A stretch of DNA of 64,000 nucleotides, taken from assembly GCA_963675665.1 (NCBI GenBank), contig OY776510.1, positions 1,888,001 through 1,952,000 of the forward strand, read 5' to 3'. Both the position numbers and the translations under genes were made by a program. Positions 19,357 through 28,900 of the stretch are shown here, piece after piece (within the stretch, counting starts at the first letter, position 1; each line of letters opens with the position of its first letter). The notes under the pieces were generated by a model, which saw nothing but the letters and a program-made list of their open reading frames with translations, made no database searches and had not been told where the DNA came from. This DNA comes from Spirochaetia bacterium. Lineage in GTDB: Bacteria; Spirochaetota; Spirochaetia; UBA9216.

Positions 19357-20847
19357 ATGAGTTCACTAGTTAGGGTTGAAGGTATAAGCAAATTTTATAC
19401 CGGGGTTAATGCACTCGATAATGTAGGTTTTGAAATTAAAAAAGGTGAAGTTCATGCTCTGGTAGGAGAGAACGGGGCTGGGAAATCCACACTCATTAAG
19501 ATTTTGTCAGGTGTTATACAGCCAAATTGCGGAAACATATATGTAGAAGATAAGCCTCATGTATTTAATCATCCGCTGGAAGCTATGCGTAATGGAATAG
19601 CAGTAACATATCAGGATCTGAGTCTTTTCTGGAATCTTACCGTTGCAGAAAATATTGCTATTTCAAGCGTAATCGAAGAAGGTAAAAGAATAATAGACTG
19701 GCCGGGGATTCGAAAGCAGGCCCGAAATGCACTTGACCAGCTTGGTGTAGCTTTGGATTTGGACATGCGTTTGCAATATCTCTCGATAGGAAACCAGAAT
19801 CTTGTTGCCATAGCGCGCGCCATAGTACATTCGGCCAAGGTCCTTATCCTCGATGAACCGACCGCATCATTATCAAATGAAGAAGTAAAAGCCCTTTTCA
19901 GAATAATTGAAATGCTTAAAAAGAAGGGCATGGGGATTTTGTTTGTAAGTCATCGCCTGGGCGAAGTATTTGAAATCTCCGACAGAACGACTGTTTTCAG
20001 AGACGGGAAATTCATTAATACTTTTAATACATCAGAACTGTCAGAAGAAGAGCTTATAGCAGCAATGGTCGGAAGGAAAATACATTTTCTCCAGTATGCT
20101 TTCAGGGAGGGCGGAGAGGACCTTCTGAAAGTGGAAAAATTAACAAAGGAAAATAATTATAAAGACATATCCTTTAAATTAAAAAGAGGAGAGATTTTAG
20201 GGTTTACCGGATTAGTGGGAGCAGGAAGAACCGAGATGGCATTGTCCATTTTTGGGGCTACATCTCCAGATGCCGGTGAGATATTTCTAAATGGTAAAAA
20301 ACTTTCAATGAAATCTACTGAAGACGCAATGAAAAACGGAATTGCTTATATTCCCGAATCACGTCATACACATGGATTGGTTGTAGGTAAAACTTTAACA
20401 GAGAACATTACTACTACAGTACTGAAACGAATTACAAATAAATTGAATATTATTAACAGAAAAGTTCAGGATGATATCGCAAAAAAATGGATTGATAAAT
20501 TAAATATCAGACCGGCGTATCCGAAAATGCTGATTGATCAGTTTTCAGGAGGGAATCAACAGAAGGCTGTTATTGCAAAATGGCTGGCATATAATCCAAC
20601 ACTGCTGATTGTAGACGAACCGACTCATGGTATTGATGTCGGAGCTAAAAGCGAAATTCATAAACTGTTGAGAGAGCTTGCAGCAAACGGAATGGGCATA
20701 ATAGTCATTTCTTCTGATCTTCCGGAGGTTTTAGCTATCTCGGATCGAATTATGGTAATGCGTCGAGGAAGACTGGTCGGAGAATTTAAAAGTACTGAGG
20801 CTGACCAGGAAAAGATTATGAATATTGCTTTGAAAGGGAAAAAATAA
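19357..20847 (+). CDS. Sugar ABC transporter ATP-binding protein (CUT2, two ATPase domains)
   Basis: GENGAGKST, LDEPT, SGGNQQK, DEPTHGIDVGAK. Confidence 0.95.
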   Translation: MSSLVRVEGISKFYTGVNALDNVGFEIKKGEVHALVGENGAGKSTLIKILSGVIQPNCGNIYVEDKPHVFNHPLEAMRNGIAVTYQDLSLFWNLTVAENIAISSVIEEGKRIIDWPGIRKQARNALDQLGVALDLDMRLQYLSIGNQNLVAIARAIVHSAKVLILDEPTASLSNEEVKALFRIIEMLKKKGMGILFVSHRLGEVFEISDRTTVFRDGKFINTFNTSELSEEELIAAMVGRKIHFLQYAFREGGEDLLKVEKLTKENNYKDISFKLKRGEILGFTGLVGAGRTEMALSIFGATSPDAGEIFLNGKKLSMKSTEDAMKNGIAYIPESRHTHGLVVGKTLTENITTTVLKRITNKLNIINRKVQDDIAKKWIDKLNIRPAYPKMLIDQFSGGNQQKAVIAKWLAYNPTLLIVDEPTHGIDVGAKSEIHKLLRELAANGMGIIVISSDLPEVLAISDRIMVMRRGRLVGEFKSTEADQEKIMNIALKGKK

Positions 20848-21827
20848 TGACGGTAAAAAATATTTTGAAGAAAAAGGAAACGAATCTGATCTTTGTAATT
20901 TTGTTTCTTGTTATTCTGATTTCTTCAGTAAACAGAACATTTTTAACTTTTCAGAATATAACGGATATTCTTCGCAGTTATGCTGTATACGGGACTGTGG
21001 CTCTTGGAATGCTTTTAGTTATTATTACAGGCGGTATAGATGTTTCGGTAGGTTCAATGGCTGCTGCCATCACAGTGGTTGTCGGCAATTTTATGGTTCA
21101 TATCGGCGGTAATGTATTTATTGTTGTTATTGTAAGCTGCGTAACCGGAATTGTTTTCAGTTTGATCAATGGCTTTCTCATAGCAAAGCTGAATATACCG
21201 GCTATCGTTGTTACACTCGGAACATTAAGTATTTTCAGGGGAGTCGAATTGTTCATTACAGGAGGTTCCTGGATAACTGCCATTCCGCAGTGGTTTATCA
21301 ACTTCGGAAAAATCAAGATTGCCGGTATTCCCGTTCAGATATTCTTCTGGATACTCGCAGGATTAATAACATTTTTCGTATTAAATTATACTCGTTTCGG
21401 ACGGGGAGTTTATGCTTATGGCGGAAATCCCGAAGCTGCGACGCGGGTTGGTTTTTCAAACACCAGGACCATCCTGCTTGTGTGGACATTTCTCGGGTTT
21501 ATGGTCGGCCTTGCAAGTTTTATGCATCTCTCAATTGTCAGGCATGTTGATCCCAATGCTTTCTCATCTTTTGAATTAACAGTAATCGCGGCATGTGTTC
21601 TTGGCGGGGCCAATATTATGGGCGGAGAAGGCTCCGTAGTCGGTTCTTTTCTGGGAGTAATTCTCCTTGCCGTTGTGGAAAACGGTTTAATCCTGACGCA
21701 TATTTCACCTTACTGGCACAAGGTAATTGTCGGTGCTGTTGTATTAACTGCAGTAACAACAGATGTAATACAGATAAAACGACGCGAGCATCGAATGGCT
21801 AAAATCGATGTGGATGAAAATTATTAA
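20847..21827 (+). CDS. Sugar ABC transporter permease
   Basis: GGIDVSVG, IVVTLG, YA.GGN, IAACVLGG. Confidence 0.93.
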   Translation: MTVKNILKKKETNLIFVILFLVILISSVNRTFLTFQNITDILRSYAVYGTVALGMLLVIITGGIDVSVGSMAAAITVVVGNFMVHIGGNVFIVVIVSCVTGIVFSLINGFLIAKLNIPAIVVTLGTLSIFRGVELFITGGSWITAIPQWFINFGKIKIAGIPVQIFFWILAGLITFFVLNYTRFGRGVYAYGGNPEAATRVGFSNTRTILLVWTFLGFMVGLASFMHLSIVRHVDPNAFSSFELTVIAACVLGGANIMGGEGSVVGSFLGVILLAVVENGLILTHISPYWHKVIVGAVVLTAVTTDVIQIKRREHRMAKIDVDENY

Positions 21828-21848
21828 TATCAATAGGAATTGTGAAAT

Positions 21849-22829
21849 ATGAAATATGAAAAGATATTAGTTATTATTTTTGCTGTTATTTTTGCTTTTT
21901 TTGCGATTGTCTGTCCGTCTAAATTCCTGAATCCTTTTAATTTGCAAACAATGCTTTTTCAGTTGCCTGAATTTACAATATTAACATTCGGTATGATGGT
22001 TTGCATTCTTACAGGGGGGATAAATCTGTCGATTTCGGCTGTTACGGCTTTAAGCGGTATCATTGCGGCAATTGTTCTGACGGGTTTTAGTGAGTCAATC
22101 CTGAATCCCAACCTTTTGATTCTTCTGGCAGTTGTTTTCGGACTGGTACTTGCAGTAATGACAGGACTTCTTAACGGGTTTTTTGTCGCTATTCTGGGAG
22201 TAACCCCTATTCTTGTTACCATAGGTTCACAAGCTGTGCTGGAGGGCATCGGTTATATTCTGACAAAAGGCGGGTCTGTTTCAGGATTTCCGTTTGAATT
22301 CTTTTTTGTTGGAGGGGCAACCGTTCTCGGAGTTCCGGTTCCTTTGTACATTTTGATAGCAATCAGCGGTTTAATGTATTTTCTGCTTCACCGCACCCCA
22401 TGGGGCAGTAATGTATTTTTTATAGGCAGCAACATAAAGGCTGCGGAGTATTCTGGAATTCCGGTAAAGCGCGTGTTGATGCAGGTATATATTTTGTCTT
22501 CATGTCTTGCGGGTGTTGCCGCAATAATAATGATATCCAGATATAATTCGGGAAAGGTTACATTGGGCTCTTCGTATTTATTACAGACTGTTGCTGCAGC
22601 TGTATTGGGGGGGACAAGTATCAGCGGCGGTAAGGGAAATGTTATTGGGGTAATTCTTGCAACCGCTATTCTTCAGATCGTATCAACCGGCATGAATTTA
22701 CTCGGTATCAACAGATTCATTATAACGGTAACAATGGGGTTAATTCTCATATTAACACTTACTATCAATTTTATTTTCACTACCGAGAAAATCAAGAGCA
22801 TCAGATTTTTTAAAGAAAAAGTCAGTTAA
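21849..22829 (+). CDS. Sugar ABC transporter permease
   Basis: TGGINLS, IGSN..AAEYSGI, VAAAVLGGTSISGG. Confidence 0.93.
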   Translation: MKYEKILVIIFAVIFAFFAIVCPSKFLNPFNLQTMLFQLPEFTILTFGMMVCILTGGINLSISAVTALSGIIAAIVLTGFSESILNPNLLILLAVVFGLVLAVMTGLLNGFFVAILGVTPILVTIGSQAVLEGIGYILTKGGSVSGFPFEFFFVGGATVLGVPVPLYILIAISGLMYFLLHRTPWGSNVFFIGSNIKAAEYSGIPVKRVLMQVYILSSCLAGVAAIIMISRYNSGKVTLGSSYLLQTVAAAVLGGTSISGGKGNVIGVILATAILQIVSTGMNLLGINRFIITVTMGLILILTLTINFIFTTEKIKSIRFFKEKVS

Positions 22830-22884
22830 TTTTTATTGAATATATCGGCTGTTATAAGCTGATAAAAAAACGTGGAGGTTTTTT

Positions 22885-23883
22885 ATGAAAAAACTATTTT
22901 TACTCTCAATGGTGGTTCTTCTGTGTGCGGCAGGCGCATTTGCCGGCGGCCAGCAGGAAGGAAGCGATGATGTTCCGTCTGTTCTGATAATGCCTAAACT
23001 TATCGGAATCCCCTATTTTAATGCCTCTGAAAAGGGTGCTTTGCAGGCAGGTGAAGACTTGGGAATTAAGGTCATCTACAATGGTCCGACTGAAACTGAT
23101 GCGGCGGCGCAGGTCAAGATGATTGAAGATTATATTTCTCAGGGGGTCGACGCGATAGCTGTTGCTCCAAACGATCCTGCAGCTTTAACGCCGGTTTTGA
23201 TGAAAGCCAAGCAGCAGGGTGTATTTGTGCTTGACTGGGACACCCCCGCGGATAAATCCGTTGTAGATCTTTCTGTTCATCAGATTGACGATCAGTTATA
23301 CGGAGAACATTTCTGGGATTTACTGGTTAAACATATGGGTACTGATGATGCTGATTATGCTATTCTTACAGGCGGTCTGTCTGCTGAAAACCTGAACAGC
23401 TGGATTGACTACGGAATTGATTATGCAAAGACAAAATATCCGAAACTTAATCTGGTATCGGAAAGAATACCTACCGACGAAAAGCAGGAGGAAGCTTACA
23501 ACAAGGCTCTTAACCTGCTTAAGGCGTATCCGTCTGTTCAGGGTCTGGTATGCATGAGTTCTCCCTGTCCCATAGGCGCCGGCCAGGCGGTTGAAGAATT
23601 GGGCCTTATCGGTAAAGTGGCTGTTGTAGGTACCGGCCTTCCTACTGATAGTTGTTCCGGTCTGAAGGCAGGAGCAATTTCCGAGGTTTCACTATGGGAC
23701 CCGGCTGTTCTGGGCTACCTTGCAGTATATATGGCGAATGAATTGATCCAGGGAAATAAAATTGTTGACGGTATGGATGTTCCGAATGTAGGGAAAATTG
23801 AGCTTAAGTCGGACGGTAAAACCGTTATAATGGGCCCCCCGTCTGATTTCAATTCAGGCAACTGTGATCAGTATGATTTCTAA
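22885..23883 (+). CDS. Sugar ABC substrate-binding protein (LsrB/RhaS-like fold)
   Basis: PKLIGIPYF, GVDAIAVAPND, LDWD, LWDP; FAGGQQE N-terminus. Confidence 0.9.
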   Translation: MKKLFLLSMVVLLCAAGAFAGGQQEGSDDVPSVLIMPKLIGIPYFNASEKGALQAGEDLGIKVIYNGPTETDAAAQVKMIEDYISQGVDAIAVAPNDPAALTPVLMKAKQQGVFVLDWDTPADKSVVDLSVHQIDDQLYGEHFWDLLVKHMGTDDADYAILTGGLSAENLNSWIDYGIDYAKTKYPKLNLVSERIPTDEKQEEAYNKALNLLKAYPSVQGLVCMSSPCPIGAGQAVEELGLIGKVAVVGTGLPTDSCSGLKAGAISEVSLWDPAVLGYLAVYMANELIQGNKIVDGMDVPNVGKIELKSDGKTVIMGPPSDFNSGNCDQYDF

Positions 23884-23918
23884 ATTTACACAAATATTTA
23901 TATAAAGTTTTATTATAA

Positions 23919-23952
23919 CCAAAGAGCTTTCTTATATAAGGAAGCTCTTTGG
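23919..23952 (+). other. Stem-loop after the binding-protein gene (mRNA stabiliser or partial terminator)
   Basis: CCAAAGAGCTT...AAGCTCTTTGG; no poly-T tail. Confidence 0.6.
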
Positions 23953-23983
23953 CAGTAAAAATATTACAGCGGCAGGAAGGCAG

Positions 23984-25453
23984 ATGAATACTTTTGATAT
24001 ATGCGCGGTTGACTTGGGAAATACTTCAGGAAGGGTGATGAAGGCTCTTTTTGACGGGAAAAGGCTGGAACTAACGGAAGTAAATCGATTCTGTAATAAT
24101 ACCATCCCGATGCATAAGTATATAAAAGTGGATTTTCTGCATTTACTAAATGAAACTATATGCGGAATTGTAAAATCCGGGGAAGTCGCATCAATAGGTA
24201 TTGATTCATGGGCGATAGACTTTGGTCTGCTTGATAAAGATGATGATCTTATATTGACGCCTCATCACCACAGGGATCCCAGAACTCTGGAAATGCTGGA
24301 ATTATTCAAAGAGAAATCTAAACAGCTGAAATGGTATTCATCAACCGGTGTTACCTTTCAGGCAATTAATACATCCCTTCAGCTTTATTCCATGGTAAAG
24401 GACAACCGGGATGTTTTAAATCACGCACAATCATTTTTAATGATTCCGGATCTGCTGATCTTTTTTCTTACTGGGAATAAAGCCAATGAAGCTACAAATG
24501 CCTCGAATACACAGCTGATCTCTCTTGTAAGCCAGAACTGGGATTGGGATATCATTAATGAAATAGGTGTTCCTTCAAGTATATTTAAAGAGATTGTAAA
24601 ACCGAAAACAATGATGGGCAAAATATGCTCAACATTAAAGGAATACTATAATTATACTTATGATCCTGCAGTAATAACTGTAGGCAGTCATGATACGGCA
24701 AGTGCTGTACATGCTACGCCTTTAGCGGATGAAAATTGTGTTTTTATTTCAAGTGGAACATGGTCGCTGATAGGCACAGTTATAGAAGAGCCGATAGTCA
24801 GTTTAGATGCTATGAACAGGGGATACAATAATGAACGGGCTACGGACGGACGCATACGGTTTATCAAGAATACTACCGGCATGTGGATTGTTGAAGAGAT
24901 TCTGCGTGTATGGGAATTACAGGACGGTTTTAAAACCTCTTACCAGGATATTATTGAAGCTGTTGCCAACGCTAAGCCATTTAAAGTGATTATTGATCCC
25001 GATTTACAGAGATTTTATAACCCTCAGAATATGGTTGATGAAGTATTGTCTTATATTGAAGAAACAAATCAGGAAAAAGTGAACGGCAGAGGTGAAATCC
25101 TCAGGGCTGTTTTTGAAGGATTGGCATGTTCATACAGAGAAGCTTTTACCGATCTTTGCGATATTACAGGAAGAAAATATTCCTGTATAAATATCGTGGG
25201 AGGCGGGGCCAGGAATGTTCTAATAAATCAATTCACTGCCAATATCTGCAATGTTCCGGTTATTGCCGGACCTGCTGAAGCGACTACAATAGGAAATGTT
25301 TTATCACAATTGGAGTATCATGGCGAGATTAAGGGTGAAGAAGAAAGGTTTGATTTGTTATATAATTCCTTTGATATCAGAAAATTTAAACCGTATCAGA
25401 CAGAATGCTGGAATGAATATTATAATAAATATCTGAATCTTAAAAAAATCTGA
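23984..25453 (+). CDS. Rhamnulokinase-like FGGY sugar kinase
   Basis: AVDLGNTSGR, GIDSWAIDF, MIPD, SHDTASAV, SSGTWSLIG, NE, VGGG. Confidence 0.88.
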   Translation: MNTFDICAVDLGNTSGRVMKALFDGKRLELTEVNRFCNNTIPMHKYIKVDFLHLLNETICGIVKSGEVASIGIDSWAIDFGLLDKDDDLILTPHHHRDPRTLEMLELFKEKSKQLKWYSSTGVTFQAINTSLQLYSMVKDNRDVLNHAQSFLMIPDLLIFFLTGNKANEATNASNTQLISLVSQNWDWDIINEIGVPSSIFKEIVKPKTMMGKICSTLKEYYNYTYDPAVITVGSHDTASAVHATPLADENCVFISSGTWSLIGTVIEEPIVSLDAMNRGYNNERATDGRIRFIKNTTGMWIVEEILRVWELQDGFKTSYQDIIEAVANAKPFKVIIDPDLQRFYNPQNMVDEVLSYIEETNQEKVNGRGEILRAVFEGLACSYREAFTDLCDITGRKYSCINIVGGGARNVLINQFTANICNVPVIAGPAEATTIGNVLSQLEYHGEIKGEEERFDLLYNSFDIRKFKPYQTECWNEYYNKYLNLKKI

Positions 25454-25558
25454 TTATTATTCTGTACAGCAAGCTCCCTTTACAAAGTTCCTGAATTGAA
25501 CATATAATCACAGGACATCAGTTCACGCGGAGGCTTAGCTTCCGTAACCGGAGGTTTT

Positions 25559-26554
25559 ATGGCTGTTAATATTAAAGGTCGATCATTTTTAACTTTGAAG
25601 GACTTCACCCGTGATGAAATTAATTATCTGCTTGATTTGTCTATAGATCTTAAAAGGAAAAAGAGATCGGGCATCAGGGGGAACCTCCTTGAGCGCAAAA
25701 ATATATGCCTTATTTTTGAAAAAACCTCTACAAGAACAAGATGCGCGTTTGAAACTGCCGCTTTTGACGAAGGCGGAAGCGTTACTTTCCTGACAAACTC
25801 ACAGATGGGAAAAAAAGAATCTATTGAGGATACTGCAAAGGTTCTTGGTCGTTTTTATGACGGAATCGAGTTCCGGGGTTATAAACAGTCAACTGTTGAA
25901 GCTCTTGCGCAGTATTCGGGAGTTCCTGTTTGGAACGGTCTGACGGATTTGTATCATCCTACGCAGGTCCTTGCCGATTTTATGACTATTATGGAGAATA
26001 CGCCTAAACCTCTGAATCAGTGCAAACTTGTATTTGCCGGCGATGCCCGGAACAATGTAGCCAATTCACTGATGATAGGCGCGGCCAAGGTGGGAATGGA
26101 TTTTACAGCAGTTGCGCCGAAAGAACTTTACCCGGATGAAGCTCTTGTTTCAGAGATGCGTGCCATCGCGAAGGGCAGCGGCTCAACAATAGAAATAACA
26201 AGTGATATTGCGACCGGTCTGAAAGGGGCGGATGCCGTTTATACCGATGTCTGGGTTTCGATGGGTGAAGAAGATAAATTTGAAGAGCGGATAAAACTGC
26301 TTGAACCCTATCGTGTTGATATGAAAATGATGAAGGCTTCCGGAAATCCTGAAGTAATCTTCCTGCATTGTCTGCCGTCGTTTCACGATACTGAAACATC
26401 TGTCGGAGCCGAGATTGAAGCCAAATACGGTTTGAAAGAGATGGAAGTAAGCGATGAGGTTTTCAGGGCCCCGTTCTCGAAGGTTTTTGATGAGGCTGAG
26501 AACAGGATGCATACCATAAAAGCTGTTATGGCGGGATCTATCGGGAATTTATAA
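25559..26554 (+). CDS. argF: Ornithine carbamoyltransferase
   Basis: [33 protein letters not shown] all canonical. Confidence 0.95.
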   Translation: MAVNIKGRSFLTLKDFTRDEINYLLDLSIDLKRKKRSGIRGNLLERKNICLIFEKTSTRTRCAFETAAFDEGGSVTFLTNSQMGKKESIEDTAKVLGRFYDGIEFRGYKQSTVEALAQYSGVPVWNGLTDLYHPTQVLADFMTIMENTPKPLNQCKLVFAGDARNNVANSLMIGAAKVGMDFTAVAPKELYPDEALVSEMRAIAKGSGSTIEITSDIATGLKGADAVYTDVWVSMGEEDKFEERIKLLEPYRVDMKMMKASGNPEVIFLHCLPSFHDTETSVGAEIEAKYGLKEMEVSDEVFRAPFSKVFDEAENRMHTIKAVMAGSIGNL

Positions 26555-26574
26555 TATAAAAGATACGGCCCGGC

Positions 26575-27903
26575 TCAAACAAGCGTTTTCAGGCAGTCTT
26601 CAATGATATTCAGCGCTGTATCAATTTCCTTCTTTGTCACTATCAGCGGGGGAGCAAGCCTTATGCTTGAAACCCCCGCGCCGAGCAGCAGCAGGCCTTT
26701 TTCAAAGGCCGAAGTTATCAGTTTATCGCGTAACTCTTTTACGGGGCTTTTCTCGCCGGGTTTGACAAACTCCACACCGACCATTAACCCGAGGCCGCGG
26801 ATATCACCGACTGCCGGATATTTCTTCTGAATAACCTTTAACTGCTCTTTGAGATAAATCCCCATCTTTTCGGCGTTTTCTACCAGCTTTTCTTCCTTGA
26901 GGACTTTAAGAACCGCTTTTGCAGCCTCCATTATTACAGGGCCGCCGTTGAGGGTTCCTTCATGGGCGCCCGGGTCCCAGTCCATTACCTCCGCCTTCGC
27001 TATTGCGGCGCCCGCAGGAAGGCCGTGCGCAAATGCTTTAGATATTGTAATAATGTCGGGTTCCAGATCGAAATGCTCGCATGCAAACATTTTCCCGGTA
27101 CGTCCGAATCCGGTCTGAACTTCATCAACTATCAGTATGATTCCGTGTTTGTCGCAGATACGCCTGAGCTCCGTAAAAAACTCTTTTGGCGGAACTATAT
27201 AGCCTCCCGAGCCCTGAATAGCTTCAAGGATTATAAAGCTGACCTCGTCGGGCGGAAGGATCTTTTTGAAAATGATATCGGTCATGTAATTCATGCACTC
27301 GAGACCGCATGACGGGTACTCCCTGTTGAACATGCAGCGATAGCAATAGGGATAGGGAGTAAACTGTCCGATAGGGTACATAGGTGCAAAGCCCCTTCTG
27401 CCCTCAACATTGGTGGTTGTAAAACTTATTGCCCCCATTGTCCGGCCGTGAAAGCCGTTGATATAGCCTATTCCGTAAGGCCGCCTGTTATGTGCTTTGG
27501 CCATTTTTATTGCCGTATCAACCGATTCGCTTCCGCTGTTGGTGTAGAATATCTTTTTCCTGAAATTTCCCGGACTTAATGCGCAAATCTGTTCGGCATA
27601 ATCAACCTGCGGTGGTGAGTAGTAATCAAGACTGTTGACAAAGATAAGTTTATCAAGCTGCTTTTTTATCGCTTCAACAACAGCAGGATGTCTGTGACCA
27701 AGTGCTGTAACTGCTATGCCTGAACCGAAATCCAGAAAAACGTTTCCGTCCGGGTCTTCAATATACATTCCCTCGGCGTTTTCTCCTACAAGCGGGGCGC
27801 TTCGCGTAAGAGATCCCGACAGCAGTTTTTCATCTCTTTCAATAACGGCCGAGGCTTTCGGCCCCGGCGGGATTACCTTGATTTCCGGTCCGGAATACGA
27901 CAT
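26575..27903 (-). CDS. Class III PLP aminotransferase (4-aminobutyrate/acetylornithine family)
   Basis: NSGSES, FHGRT, DEVQTGFGRTG, PLP lysine in TISK, IRLAPPL. Confidence 0.92.
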   Translation of the reverse strand: MSYSGPEIKVIPPGPKASAVIERDEKLLSGSLTRSAPLVGENAEGMYIEDPDGNVFLDFGSGIAVTALGHRHPAVVEAIKKQLDKLIFVNSLDYYSPPQVDYAEQICALSPGNFRKKIFYTNSGSESVDTAIKMAKAHNRRPYGIGYINGFHGRTMGAISFTTTNVEGRRGFAPMYPIGQFTPYPYCYRCMFNREYPSCGLECMNYMTDIIFKKILPPDEVSFIILEAIQGSGGYIVPPKEFFTELRRICDKHGIILIVDEVQTGFGRTGKMFACEHFDLEPDIITISKAFAHGLPAGAAIAKAEVMDWDPGAHEGTLNGGPVIMEAAKAVLKVLKEEKLVENAEKMGIYLKEQLKVIQKKYPAVGDIRGLGLMVGVEFVKPGEKSPVKELRDKLITSAFEKGLLLLGAGVSSIRLAPPLIVTKKEIDTALNIIEDCLKTLV

Positions 27904-27946
27904 GGTCTGCTCCTGTTAAAGAAAATCTCAGGCTTGGAAAATTAGC

Positions 27947-27998
27947 GTGGTCTGACCGCCTGACTTTTAAGCTTATGAGGGAATTCCTTTATAGTCAA
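27947..27998 (-). promoter_or_regulatory. Aminotransferase promoter with FadR-type operator
   Basis: Minus strand TTGACT (27998-27993), 17 bp, TAAGCT (27975-27970); operator GCGGTCAGACCAC at 27959-27947. Confidence 0.7.
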
Positions 27999-28086
27999 GT
28001 TTTTTATCAAAAATTGATATATTAAGCCAAAAATCCTGTCCGGACAACGAATAACAGAATATATCTTATCATTTTTATATTAAAAT

Positions 28087-28135
28087 TTGACAAATCCACA
28101 ATCCGGTTTTACCATAATTAAAGCGGTCAGACCGC
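28087..28135 (+). promoter_or_regulatory. Promoter of the FadR-led operon with a palindromic operator
   Basis: TTGACA (28087-28092), 17 bp, TACCAT (28110-28115); GCGGTC-A-GACCGC at 28123-28135. Confidence 0.75.
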
Positions 28136-28147
28136 GAAGGTGCGGCA

Positions 28148-28870
28148 ATGTTCCAACAGGTTGAAAACAAGAAATATTATATGCAGATAGTTGATCAGAT
28201 AAGGCTTCTGATCGAGAAGGGTACTCTTAAAGTCGGCGACCGGCTTCCTCCCGAACGCGAGTTGTGTCAGAAATTCGGAACAAGCCGTGCGAGCATGCGT
28301 GAAGCGTTCAGCGTCCTTGAAACTCTGGGTATAATCGAGAGCCGAAGCGGGCAGGGGAATTTTATCAGGACTGATATTTCCCAGGTCCCTATCGATAGTG
28401 AATTTGTCAAGTCGCTGCTTATGGATCATGATCCGTTTGAGATCTATGAAACCCGCCTTGAAGTTGAACCGAGTATGGCGGCTTTTGCCGCACAGCGCGC
28501 AACTGAAGATGAAAAGTCTGCTCTCTGCAGTCAGCTGGAACAACTGAATGGTATCGGAGAAAGACTTGAAAGTGACAATATTTTTTTTGAGGATTATATG
28601 GAGGCTGATCGGCGGTTTCATCTGCTGGTCGGCAGAGCAGCACATAATCAGGTCTTGTTCATAGTATTCTCCGCGGTAAACCTGATGATGAAAGAAGACC
28701 ACTGGAAAAAAGTAAAAAGCAAGGGTGTATTAAAGCCGGGGAACCTGCAGATTTACAGAACCGAGCATTCACAGATCTGTGATGCAATATGCAAGGGCCG
28801 GGCCGAAGAAGCCAAGTTATATATGCGCAAACATATTCTGGATATAAGAGAGGATCTATTCAGTAACTGA
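28148..28870 (+). CDS. GntR/FadR family transcriptional regulator
   Basis: GDRLPPERELC..FGTSR.S.REA HTH; FCD domain with D..FH, N, H, H. Confidence 0.95.
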   Translation: MFQQVENKKYYMQIVDQIRLLIEKGTLKVGDRLPPERELCQKFGTSRASMREAFSVLETLGIIESRSGQGNFIRTDISQVPIDSEFVKSLLMDHDPFEIYETRLEVEPSMAAFAAQRATEDEKSALCSQLEQLNGIGERLESDNIFFEDYMEADRRFHLLVGRAAHNQVLFIVFSAVNLMMKEDHWKKVKSKGVLKPGNLQIYRTEHSQICDAICKGRAEEAKLYMRKHILDIREDLFSN

Positions 28871-28900
28871 TAAACGATTGAATAAATTTCTGGAGGGATT

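Noticed and set aside
15944-25453. Canonical lsr AI-2 operon or rhamnose operon
   Set aside because: No lsrK/lsrG/lsrR or rhaA/rhaD, and LsrB ligand residues are not conserved.
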